A DNA stretch of 64,000 nucleotides from an uncultured Acidimicrobiales bacterium (lineage in GTDB: Bacteria > Actinomycetota > Acidimicrobiia > Acidimicrobiales > SHLQ01), in assembly GCA_964562985.1 (NCBI GenBank), contig CAZLWE010000004.1:17338-81337 (forward strand). Reading direction: 5' to 3'. Position numbers and translations under genes: made by a program. Positions 44,220 to 53,265 of this stretch are shown in pieces. Under the pieces are notes generated by a model. That model searched no databases. It worked only from the letters and a program-made list of their open reading frames with translations, and was not told where the DNA came from. Every line of letters starts with the position of its first letter. The stretch's first letter is position 1.

Positions 44220-46149
44220 CGATCATGTCCGTTTCGAGCTCATCTCGCTTGGGTTCGCGGGGCAGACTCACCAGGAACGCCGCGCCGACTTCGACCTGTG
44301 GATCGAGTTCGATAGAGCCGTCGCAGTTCTCGACGAGCTTCTTCACGAGCGCGAGACCCACGCCGCTTCCCGGAGCCTCATCGGACAACCGGTTAAAGAG
44401 GCGGAACGCCGCTTCGTGGTTCTCGACCGCTATCCCGGTTCCGTTATCTTCCACTCGAATGACGACAGACGCCCCATCAGCTTGCGAAGACAGGGCGATC
44501 TTCGGGGCCCGGCCTGGGTGGCGATACTTCAAGGAGTTCCCGATCAGGTTTTGGAATATGCGTCCCATAGCGATCGGCTCGACCGCCGCCTCGCCAAGGT
44601 CTTCCAACTCAACCTCCGCATCGAGTTCGCGAATGAGGGCATCGAAGTCTTGGATCACGGCCTCGGCAATCGGGGTGATAGGTACTGACTCCACATCTCG
44701 GGTGTTCACCGACGCGCGAGCGTGCTCGAGCAGCTTGTCCATCGTGACGCACATGCGTTCATAGCCATCGACAATGTGGTGGGCGTAGTCGACCAGCTCC
44801 TCTTTTGGAAGCTCATCTTCGGACGACTCCCGCAAGATCAGTTCGGCATATCCGCCGATCGAGCGCAACGGCGTTCTGAGGTCGTGAGCGGTGGCGTATG
44901 CGTACTCCTCAAGGTCGGCGTTCGAACGAGCGAGCTCGTCGACGGTCTCGGCGAGGCGATCCCGCGCGGCATCTCGCTCATCGGCGCGTTCCACAGCGGT
45001 ACTCAGCGCTGCTTCAGCGAGCGCTTGCTCTCGGCGATACCTCCTGTTCACGATCAGTCCGCCGCCGATCAGCAACGCGACCGACGCGAATCCACCGAAG
45101 GCACTTATCGAACGCGAGGTGAGTTGCGCGTTTCGCACTCGCTCCAAGAAGTCGTCATCGGGTGCGGTTACCGCAACCACCCAATCAGGGTTATTCGCGA
45201 GCGTGGTCACGGCGAACTGGAAGTCGGTGCCTCCGGCGGAACCGCTGATCAGCTCGTTTATGTCGCCACCGTCCAAATCCCTGACGAGATTCGACACGAA
45301 GTCGACCGGGGGTTGTTCAAGGTCAGCGGCTTGGGCGAGTTGACCGTCACCTGCGCTGGCGCCTTGCGGGTGAGCCACCACGCTGAGCTCGCGGTCGAGA
45401 ATGAACGACTCCCCATTCGGTGAGGCCCGTCGCTCGGCCATAAAGGTCGACAGTGCGTCGAGTCGAATATCGATTCCGATAACCGCTTCGATGTCACCGT
45501 CGGTGCCTGGTACCGCTTGTGCTCGGGTGACACCGGGGAGTCCGCTGCTGAAGAACACATACGGCGGAGTCCACACACCGGATCCGTCAGCCTGCAGCGC
45601 AAGATCGAACCACGGCCGAGTACGTGGGTCGAACTCGTCCGCGGGATCAAACGCAGCGTTGAGCTCGAGCGCATCGGAGTCTCGGTCGGTGTTGAGGACG
45701 GTTCGCCGACCAAGGTCGTCGATCACAATGTCCTTTGTGACGTAACCGTCTGCTTCGTTACGGACGACGTAGGTGAACGAACCGTCGTTGCGCCCGATGA
45801 AGATGCCATCGAAAGACTCGTTCACCCGGAGCACTTCGAAGAAGACCTCGTCGACTCGAAGCCCGGTGCCTTCATCAAAGTCACCTCGGGCGAGTAGCCG
45901 GGAGAGTTCGGTCGCGGAACGCTCAGCGGGGGCGAGGAAACTCTCGGTGTTCACCACGGTTTCGTTCGAAACCGCGGAGATAACCTCGCGCATGTCCTCG
46001 ACGATCGCGTCCTCGCTCGTGAGCCGGAAGGTCAACAGCACGCTGAGCAGCACGATTAGCGCCGTAACGGCCGCACCAATACCGAACAGAAGAATTCCAA
46101 CCGAACGCTTCGCCGGATCGCTGCCGACGTTGGCCCATGGGCCCGACAT
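44212..46149 (-). CDS. sensor histidine kinase with extracytoplasmic Cache-like domain
   Basis: TM helix, ~280-aa periplasmic domain, second TM helix, then H-box ATAHDLRTPLRSI and HATPase N/G boxes (NLIGNSLKY, DNGTGI, GSGVGL). Confidence 0.85.
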   Translation of the reverse strand: MSGPWANVGSDPAKRSVGILLFGIGAAVTALIVLLSVLLTFRLTSEDAIVEDMREVISAVSNETVVNTESFLAPAERSATELSRLLARGDFDEGTGLRVDEVFFEVLRVNESFDGIFIGRNDGSFTYVVRNEADGYVTKDIVIDDLGRRTVLNTDRDSDALELNAAFDPADEFDPRTRPWFDLALQADGSGVWTPPYVFFSSGLPGVTRAQAVPGTDGDIEAVIGIDIRLDALSTFMAERRASPNGESFILDRELSVVAHPQGASAGDGQLAQAADLEQPPVDFVSNLVRDLDGGDINELISGSAGGTDFQFAVTTLANNPDWVVAVTAPDDDFLERVRNAQLTSRSISAFGGFASVALLIGGGLIVNRRYRREQALAEAALSTAVERADERDAARDRLAETVDELARSNADLEEYAYATAHDLRTPLRSIGGYAELILRESSEDELPKEELVDYAHHIVDGYERMCVTMDKLLEHARASVNTRDVESVPITPIAEAVIQDFDALIRELDAEVELEDLGEAAVEPIAMGRIFQNLIGNSLKYRHPGRAPKIALSSQADGASVVIRVEDNGTGIAVENHEAAFRLFNRLSDEAPGSGVGLALVKKLVENCDGSIELDPQVEVGAAFLVSLPREPKRDELETDMIGA

Positions 46150-46395
46150 TTACGCCGTCTCCCCAGATGAGAAGTCGGTGAGTCGGTTAGTTGCCTCGCC
46201 GGTGAGCATCGTCAACTGCTCGGAGATCTCGCGGAGCGCCTCGACATCTGGTGATTCCAGTGCCAACGACTCGGCCAATAGGTCGGTGAGGATCGATAGC
46301 CCGCGGACCGGCGAAGCGAGCGAGTGCTTGATCTCGCTGCGGAGCTGCAGCTCCATTTCCCTGTCCGCGTCAGCTACTTCGCGAACCATCGCCAT
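46150..46395 (-). CDS. small DHp (HisKA)-like stand-alone protein
   Basis: 81 aa. SEIKHSLASPVRGLSIL parallels the kinase H-box. The stop TAA directly abuts the kinase ATG, and GAGG lies upstream of its own ATG. Confidence 0.55.
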   Translation of the reverse strand: MAMVREVADADREMELQLRSEIKHSLASPVRGLSILTDLLAESLALESPDVEALREISEQLTMLTGEATNRLTDFSSGETA

Positions 46396-46520
46396 CCACC
46401 AACCTCAACGCGTCTCAACGAAATCGTCCCGCACATACCCCCCTACGGTAGCGCTCCAGCGGGCAGCCCTTAGGTCATTTCCCAGTGGATGCACTCGACC
46501 ACCCCGTCTAAGGTGGCACG

Positions 46521-47120
46521 GTGAGCCATCCACTTGTCCTCGTCCGCCATGGTCAAACCGAGTGGAGCCGCACCGGTCAACACACGGGCCGTTCCGACAT
46601 CGACCTAACGGATCGAGGGCGAAACGAAGCAGCGCTGGTTGCGCCGACCCTCGACGGATGGGGGTTCGCCCACGTGTTCTCATCGCCGCTGCGCCGGGCG
46701 CTCGACACCGCCAAGCTCGCAACAGCGATCATCGGCGGCGACATCGTTGTCGATGACATCTTTATGGAATGGGACTACGGACCCTACGAAGGCCGCACGA
46801 ACGCCGAAATCCAAGAGGCTGAGCCGGGCTGGTCGAAATGGGAAGCCACGATCGAGGGCGGCGAAACAGCATTCGACGTCGGTGCGCGAACCGACCAGGC
46901 GATCGAGCAAATGGTAGCGGCCTCTTCAGATGGGCCAGTTCTTCTTTTCGCCCACGGCCACTTCCTGGCAATCATGATCGCTCGGTGGTTGGGCTTCGAT
47001 GCCACCGCCGGAAAGCGGTTCATCATCCAGACGGCAACCGTGAGCCAACTGAGCACAAAGCGCGGTGACCGGGTCATCAAAACGTTAAACCATCGCTGCG
47101 GCCAAATGCTCGCTCCCTAG
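46521..47120 (+). CDS. histidine phosphatase (phosphoglycerate-mutase-like) family protein
   Basis: LVRHGQTEWS catalytic RHG motif and a C-terminal AHGHF. GTG start. Confidence 0.85.
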   Translation: MSHPLVLVRHGQTEWSRTGQHTGRSDIDLTDRGRNEAALVAPTLDGWGFAHVFSSPLRRALDTAKLATAIIGGDIVVDDIFMEWDYGPYEGRTNAEIQEAEPGWSKWEATIEGGETAFDVGARTDQAIEQMVAASSDGPVLLFAHGHFLAIMIARWLGFDATAGKRFIIQTATVSQLSTKRGDRVIKTLNHRCGQMLAP

Positions 47121-47303
47121 CCGAGCCGGTTCGTCCCTTCCCCGCGTACCAATTCCTGTGAGAACAAGTGGCTGAAACCACCTTTTCGGTGAAAACCGAC
47201 GCATAATCGTCGAACACGTGGAACCACCTGCAGCAATAGCCAAAATATCGGTTCGGTCAGCTGGGGCCTCGCGTGTAACACTCATTCGCTACGAGAGGCT
47301 CTA

Positions 47304-48329
47304 ATGACCGGCAATAACCACTTCACATTCAGCGACGTCGGCATTGTGTCCTTGGCGGCCGTTGACGCTCCTGAAGTGGTGACCTCAGCAAGCATCGATG
47401 AGCGACTCGCGCCGTTCTATTCGCGCAACGACGCCGAGCCTGGTCTCCTCGAATCGCTTGCAGGTATTCGCGAGCGGCGCATGTGGCCCGAAGGCGTTTC
47501 CTTTATGGCCGCTGCGTCAAAAGCTGGCGAAAAGGCAATCGTTGATTCAGGTATCGACCGGGGAAAGATCGGTCTGATGATCGATTCGAGCGTCTGTCGT
47601 GAACGACTCGAACCATCTAGCGCAGTCACCGTGCACGACCTGCTCGGACTGCCCTCAAACTGTCTGAACTTCGACGTAGGCAACGCTTGCCTTGGGTTCC
47701 TCAACGGCATGCATCTTGCGGGGACCATGCTCGAAGCCGGCCAGATCGACTACGCACTAATCGTCGACGGCGAGGACGTTCGCCAGATCCTCGACACCAC
47801 GATCGATCGACTGAATCACCCCGACGCCGTGATCGGCGACCTGTTCGCCAACTTTGCCACTCTCACCCTGGGAGGCGGCGCAGCAGCGATGGTGCTTGGT
47901 CGCCAAAGCGAGAACCCGGGCAGTCATCGCTTTGAGGGTGGTTTCTTTCGCGCAGCCACCCACTACAACCATCTGTGCGTCGGTTCCCTCAACGGCATGA
48001 ACACCGACACGCGCGGCTTGCTCGAAGCTGGCAACGAAACGGCCAAGCTGGCCTGGGACCACGCAGGCGACATGAAAGAGGGCTGGTATGACATGACCCA
48101 CTACGTCATGCATCAGGTCTCGGAGGTTCACACCCAAGCCATCATCGACACCATCGGCATCGAAAGTGATCGTGTCGCTCGAAGCTTCACCACCTACGGC
48201 AACGTCGGCCCCGCCGCAATCCCGGTAACCCTCAACTCCATCCAACCGGAGCTGGTCTCAGGCGACGGCATCATGTTGATGGGAATGGGTTCGGGGCTTA
48301 ACACCGCCTTTTTCGAACTGCAGTGGTAG
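47304..48329 (+). CDS. oleA: OleA-type thiolase-fold condensing enzyme (KAS III-like)
   Basis: FDVGNACLGFLNGM (active-site Cys), IDYALIVDGE, LTLGGGAAAMVL, HQVS..HT and GNVGPAAIP are blocks I recognise from characterised OleA. Sits directly before oleBC. Confidence 0.8.
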   Translation: MTGNNHFTFSDVGIVSLAAVDAPEVVTSASIDERLAPFYSRNDAEPGLLESLAGIRERRMWPEGVSFMAAASKAGEKAIVDSGIDRGKIGLMIDSSVCRERLEPSSAVTVHDLLGLPSNCLNFDVGNACLGFLNGMHLAGTMLEAGQIDYALIVDGEDVRQILDTTIDRLNHPDAVIGDLFANFATLTLGGGAAAMVLGRQSENPGSHRFEGGFFRAATHYNHLCVGSLNGMNTDTRGLLEAGNETAKLAWDHAGDMKEGWYDMTHYVMHQVSEVHTQAIIDTIGIESDRVARSFTTYGNVGPAAIPVTLNSIQPELVSGDGIMLMGMGSGLNTAFFELQW

Positions 48330-50923
48330 ACGCGGGCACAGTCGAACAGGCCCAGCTGCCCCCACACAATCTCGACGCGCTCGACCCCGCCTGGTCTCGG
48401 CTCGTCACCGCTGCCTGCGCCGACGGCGAACGTACCTTTCACGTGCTGGACTCGGCTCCAGAGGCTGACCCCTCGACCCCCACCGTGTTGTGCGTGCACG
48501 GCAACCCGAGCTGGTCCTATCTCTGGCGACGATTCTTCGCAGGCGTTTCACCCTTTCGTTTCGTGGCTCCCGATCACCTCGATATGGGTTTCTCGGAGCG
48601 AACGGATACCGAGCGCCGCCTCGCCGATCGGGTGTCGGATCTCTCGGCCCTCACTGACGCCATGGGGATCTCGGGACCCGTCATCACCTTGGCGCACGAC
48701 TGGGGCGGACCGATCTCCTTGGGTTGGGCGCTCCAGCATCGTGAACAACTCACCGGCGTCATCCTCTCCAACACGGCGGTCCATCAGCCCGAGGGGGCCT
48801 CGGCTCCCACCGTGATCCGCACCGTCCGCCGAGGTGGGATCGTGAAACGAGCGACAGTCGACTCCACCGCATTCATCACCGGCGCGTTCGAGATGTCGCG
48901 GCCACGGACACCCCCCGAAATTCGAAAGGGCTTCCTCGCCCCCTACGACCGGCCGGAACGTCGAGCCGCGATTCAGACCTTCGTGGAGGACATCCCCCTA
49001 GAGCATGACCACCCGACTCGGGCCACACTCGACGACATTGCTAGCGGGCTCAGCGAGTTGTGCGACGTGCCCTCTTTTCTACTGTGGGGAGCGAAGGACC
49101 CGGTCTTTTCTGATCTCTACCTGCACGACCTCGAAGCTCGTCTGCCGCACGCCGATGTACACCGCTGGCCAAACGCTGGCCACTTCGTTTCCGAAGATGC
49201 GCCGGTCCACGACGCGGTGACCGCATGGCTCGAGAACCTCTCGGCCGTAGCGCCGATTCACGATGCCGAAGGTCTGACCGCGCCCACGACTCTTCTCGAC
49301 CCAATCGCAGACCCCAAACGCGCAGAAGTCACCGCAATCGTCGAGATGACCGGCGATGGCGCATCGATCTCCTTCGCTGAGTTCAACGCTCGGGTCGACG
49401 CGACAGCGGCGGGCCTCCTGGGAGCCGGGGTGGAGAGCGGCGATCGCGTAGCGGTGATGATTCCGCCCGGAATCGACCTGGCCGTCACCGTGTACGCCGC
49501 GTGGCGCGCAGGCGCCGTTGCGGTGCTGGTCGATGGAGCGCTCAGCCCGCCACAGATGACAGCTGCGCTCCGTTCGGCGAACCCGAAGTGGCTGATCGGT
49601 ATCACCCGCGCCCTTGCTGCGGCCCGTGCACTCCGGTGGCCGGGAACGACGATTTCACCCTCCCCTCTCTCGAACGCTCAGCAGCGAGCGCTCAGCACGT
49701 CGCTCGACATCGCCACCCTGGCAATGAACCATGTCGACGATCCGCTGCCGCAGTTACCTACCGCCGGAGATCATGCCGCGGTGGTGTTTACGTCCGGCTC
49801 GACAGGGCCATCCAAAGGGGTGCGCTACACCCACGGACAGATCGCATCGCAGCGAGACAAGATGCGCTCCCAGTACTCGATCACCGACGATGACCGTCTC
49901 GTCGCCGCCTTCGCACCGTTCGCGCTCTACGGACCGATGCTCGGGATCACCTCGGTCGTTCCCGATATGGATGTCAGCGCCCCGGCCACACTCGATGCCA
50001 AGAACTTCGCAGCAGCGATCGCCGCGGTCAACGCAACGATCGTGTTCGCCTCGCCCGCCGCGCTCGAGAACATCGTCCGCACCAAGAGTGCCATCGCGCC
50101 ATCGAAACGGTTTCCGCTCGACGAGGTACGCCTCCTGCTAAGCGCTGGCGCTCCAGTCCGGGTGTCCCTGCTACAAGCAATGCGTGACGTAACACCGAAC
50201 GCAATCGCCCACACTCCCTACGGCATGACCGAGTGTCTCCCGGTGGCAAGCATCAGCCTTCCCGAGTTGGAAGCCATCGGCACCGGCGATGGGGTCTGTG
50301 TGGGTCGCCCGCTCCCTGGTGTTGAGGTACAACTCGAACCCATCACCGACGACGGCCTCGGCGAACTTCTCGTGCGCGCCGACCATATGCGAACCGGATA
50401 CGACCGGCTCTGGTTCACCACCCACCAAGCAACGCGTCCAGAAGTTGGTTGGCACGCAACGGGAGACATCGGCCGGATCGACGAAGCAGGCCTCCTGTGG
50501 GTATCCGGGCGAGCCGCACACATGCTCACGGTCCCATCGGGAACGACGACTGCGGGCCTCGGACCGGTCGGGATCGAGAAGGTCGTCGAACAGATCGATG
50601 GCGTCTACATGGCGACCGCCGTTGGCATAGACGGCGTCGAAGTGTCGGGGCAGAAAGTGGCGGTCGTCGTGCAACTCGATAATCCCTCCGGCTCACCCAA
50701 GCACTGCGGCCTGGAGATCACCGACGCCGTTCGAGCTTCGATCGCGCAATGGCTGACAACGATCGACCAACGTCACGGCACTAACCGCTCGCTCGATGTG
50801 GTCGCGGTGCTCGAAGTACCGAAGTTGCCCGTCGACCGTCGGCACAATTCGAAGATCGACCGAACCCGTGTGGCCGAATGGGCCAACCGTGTGCTCGCTG
50901 GCGGAAGTCTGAAGGGGTTGTAG
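48323..50923 (+). CDS. oleBC: fused OleB (haloalkane-dehalogenase-like alpha/beta hydrolase) - OleC (AMP-dependent synthetase) protein
   Basis: The N-terminal domain has HGNPSWSYLWRRF and HDWGG. The C-terminal domain has the AMP-binding motif VFTSGSTGPSKGV. The GTG start overlaps the oleA stop. Confidence 0.8.
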   Translation: MVDAGTVEQAQLPPHNLDALDPAWSRLVTAACADGERTFHVLDSAPEADPSTPTVLCVHGNPSWSYLWRRFFAGVSPFRFVAPDHLDMGFSERTDTERRLADRVSDLSALTDAMGISGPVITLAHDWGGPISLGWALQHREQLTGVILSNTAVHQPEGASAPTVIRTVRRGGIVKRATVDSTAFITGAFEMSRPRTPPEIRKGFLAPYDRPERRAAIQTFVEDIPLEHDHPTRATLDDIASGLSELCDVPSFLLWGAKDPVFSDLYLHDLEARLPHADVHRWPNAGHFVSEDAPVHDAVTAWLENLSAVAPIHDAEGLTAPTTLLDPIADPKRAEVTAIVEMTGDGASISFAEFNARVDATAAGLLGAGVESGDRVAVMIPPGIDLAVTVYAAWRAGAVAVLVDGALSPPQMTAALRSANPKWLIGITRALAAARALRWPGTTISPSPLSNAQQRALSTSLDIATLAMNHVDDPLPQLPTAGDHAAVVFTSGSTGPSKGVRYTHGQIASQRDKMRSQYSITDDDRLVAAFAPFALYGPMLGITSVVPDMDVSAPATLDAKNFAAAIAAVNATIVFASPAALENIVRTKSAIAPSKRFPLDEVRLLLSAGAPVRVSLLQAMRDVTPNAIAHTPYGMTECLPVASISLPELEAIGTGDGVCVGRPLPGVEVQLEPITDDGLGELLVRADHMRTGYDRLWFTTHQATRPEVGWHATGDIGRIDEAGLLWVSGRAAHMLTVPSGTTTAGLGPVGIEKVVEQIDGVYMATAVGIDGVEVSGQKVAVVVQLDNPSGSPKHCGLEITDAVRASIAQWLTTIDQRHGTNRSLDVVAVLEVPKLPVDRRHNSKIDRTRVAEWANRVLAGGSLKGL

Positions 50924-50925
50924 GC

Positions 50926-51903
50926 ATGCGAGTGCTTCTCACCGGTGCCACCTCGATGATTGGCCGCGAGACGGTGAAACGTTTGCGTGCCCGCGGCGAT
51001 GTCGTGACCGTGCTCCAACGCTCCCCCTTCGGCGACGCCGACGCCTGCATCCAAGGTTCGATCACCGATGCGTCGGTCCTGGTCCAAGCTGTCGCCGAGC
51101 AGGATGCGGTCATCCACCTCGCAGCCAAGGTCGACATCGTCGGATCCTTGGAGGACTTCACTGCGGTCAATGTGGAAGCTACAAAGAACCTCATCGTCGC
51201 AGCCCAGGCGGCTGGGGTGAGCCGTTTCGTCTACGTGTCCTCACCATCGGTCGCCCACGGTGGCGACAGTATCGTCGGTGGCGGCGCTGGGCCCGCCGAC
51301 CCGACGAGTACCAGCGGCCACTACGCCACCACCAAGGCAACGGCCGAGATCGCTGCCCTGGCCTCGTCGACTCACGCCATGCCGATCGTTGCCATCCGCC
51401 CACACCTCGTGATCGGGCCAGGCGATACCCAACTGATCGAGCGCTTGATCGATCGGGCGAAGGCGGGACGCCTGCCATTGGTCGGCTCCGGCCTTGCGCT
51501 CGTCGACGTCACATGGGTCGACAACGCAGCCGACGCGCTGGTCGCCGCCGTCGACGCGGCACCCGCACACGGTGGCGAGTCGTTCGTTGTTTCCAACGGC
51601 GAACCCCGCACCGTCGAGGAACTGTTCACCCGCATCATGGACGCCGCCGACATCGACTGGTCGCCCCGTCGAGTACCAGCCAAGGTGGCCATTGGGGCGG
51701 GAACCCTCATCGAGAAGATCTGGGACCGCACCGACCGCGACGATGAGCCACCGATGACCGGCTTCGCCGCCGAACAACTCGCCACCGCCCACTGGTTCGA
51801 TCAACAACGAACCCGCGATGCACTCAACTGGGAACCGGCGGTGTCGCTCGCCGAGGCCTGGCCGATCCTCGCCGATCACTACAGATCCGGCGGACCTCAG
51901 TAA
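50926..51903 (+). CDS. oleD: OleD-type NAD(P)-dependent reductase (3-beta-HSD/epimerase family)
   Basis: ATG at 50926 gives MRVLLTGATSMIGRE (Rossmann fold) and a YATTK catalytic motif. It starts immediately after oleBC. Confidence 0.8.
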   Translation: MRVLLTGATSMIGRETVKRLRARGDVVTVLQRSPFGDADACIQGSITDASVLVQAVAEQDAVIHLAAKVDIVGSLEDFTAVNVEATKNLIVAAQAAGVSRFVYVSSPSVAHGGDSIVGGGAGPADPTSTSGHYATTKATAEIAALASSTHAMPIVAIRPHLVIGPGDTQLIERLIDRAKAGRLPLVGSGLALVDVTWVDNAADALVAAVDAAPAHGGESFVVSNGEPRTVEELFTRIMDAADIDWSPRRVPAKVAIGAGTLIEKIWDRTDRDDEPPMTGFAAEQLATAHWFDQQRTRDALNWEPAVSLAEAWPILADHYRSGGPQ

Positions 51904-51913
51904 TATCGCCACC

Positions 51914-52495
51914 ATGGCGATGTCGTTCTCGAAACTGGTGGCTCGGGCAGAAGCCGAACTTCCCGCGGACAAAACCCCCAGCGACGAAATCGTTGCGGTG
52001 GCTAGCACGCAACTTTCAGGCGAGGGACAGGGCGCGGCAATGGTGGGCGGAGCACTTGCCCCACTCTTCGGTTTCTGGGGAATGCTGCTGGCGCTGCTTC
52101 CGTTCGCTCGCCTCCGGGTGAAGGCAGCCAGAAACAATCGAAACCCTGAGGGCCTCTCCGAACAAATCCACTATCGGGTCTTCCACTTGGTCTTCCGGCG
52201 GGATCGCCTCGACGTATATTCGCGCCGGCGGCGCGGCCGGTTCGGGCCGCTGGTCCAGTCATTCCCCTACGACAACATGTCCTACGGCCGCGGGGATCAC
52301 CCGGCAGGCATGGCCATTGAAACGTTTCTCCGCGTCGACGACATCGTGTTGCCCGTACACGGATGGTTCGAGCGAGACCTACGCAAAGCGATCGGCTCGC
52401 TTGGCGTCACGATCGAACCGATTACTGGTCCAGTCTCACAGATCGAAAAGCAGCTCCAATCCAGCGGAGCCCAGATAGCCAAGGAAGCCACATGA
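51914..52495 (+). CDS. hypothetical membrane protein
   Basis: ATG at 51914. One hydrophobic segment (GGALAPLFGFWGMLLALLPF). The ATGA overlap with the next gene supports translation. Confidence 0.5.
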   Translation: MAMSFSKLVARAEAELPADKTPSDEIVAVASTQLSGEGQGAAMVGGALAPLFGFWGMLLALLPFARLRVKAARNNRNPEGLSEQIHYRVFHLVFRRDRLDVYSRRRRGRFGPLVQSFPYDNMSYGRGDHPAGMAIETFLRVDDIVLPVHGWFERDLRKAIGSLGVTIEPITGPVSQIEKQLQSSGAQIAKEAT

Positions 52496-53187
52496 TCACT
52501 ACCGAACGAGTTGCCGACGACAACGTTCTACTTATCCAGCTCGACGACGGGAAGGCCAACGCCCTCACGGCCGATGCGATCGCCCAGATCCGTTCCCATA
52601 TCGATGAAGCTGCAGCCGACGAATCGATCGTCGCTGTTGTGATCGCTGGCCGAGAAAACCGATTTTCCGGCGGTTTCGATCTCGGGGTCATGATGGCCGA
52701 CGACGTGCAAGCGATCGTTGACCTCGTAGCCGACGGGGGTGATCTCGTCGCCGACGCGTTCGACGCACCGATTCCCGTCATCGCCGCGTGCACCGGCCAT
52801 GCCGTAGCTGCGGGGTCGTTGTTGCTACTCGGTTGTGATGTTCGTGTGGGTGCCGTAGGCGACTTCAAGATCGGCTTGAACGAGGTCGCCATTGGTATGG
52901 TCGTCCCCGACTGGGCCATGACCATCGCCGAGACCCGCCTCAGCAAGCGCCATATCCAACGGTGCATCGCCAATGCTCGGCTACTCAATTCGAAAGAGGC
53001 ATGCGACGCCGGTTTCCTCGATGAGGCCGTTGCACCTGACGCAGTAGTCGATCGGGCGATCGAGCTCGCAGCAGAATTCGCGGCGCTCGATGCCACCGCC
53101 TACGCCGGCACGATGGAGGCATTTCGTGCCGCCACGGCAGCAACCATGCGTGAGCAAGCGACCGCCATGCGATCGCTCCCGGGCTAA
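52492..53187 (+). CDS. enoyl-CoA hydratase/isomerase (crotonase) family protein
   Basis: ATG at 52492. The DDGKANALT...FSGGFDLG...GHAVAAGSLL pattern is that of a crotonase fold. Confidence 0.8.
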   Translation: MITTERVADDNVLLIQLDDGKANALTADAIAQIRSHIDEAAADESIVAVVIAGRENRFSGGFDLGVMMADDVQAIVDLVADGGDLVADAFDAPIPVIAACTGHAVAAGSLLLLGCDVRVGAVGDFKIGLNEVAIGMVVPDWAMTIAETRLSKRHIQRCIANARLLNSKEACDAGFLDEAVAPDAVVDRAIELAAEFAALDATAYAGTMEAFRAATAATMREQATAMRSLPG

Positions 53188-53265
53188 ACCGCCTGAACTC
53201 CGAACTCGCGAACAACCTATGACAAGCTGTTGCGACATCTGTTCGTCACTCGTGGAGCTGAGCCC

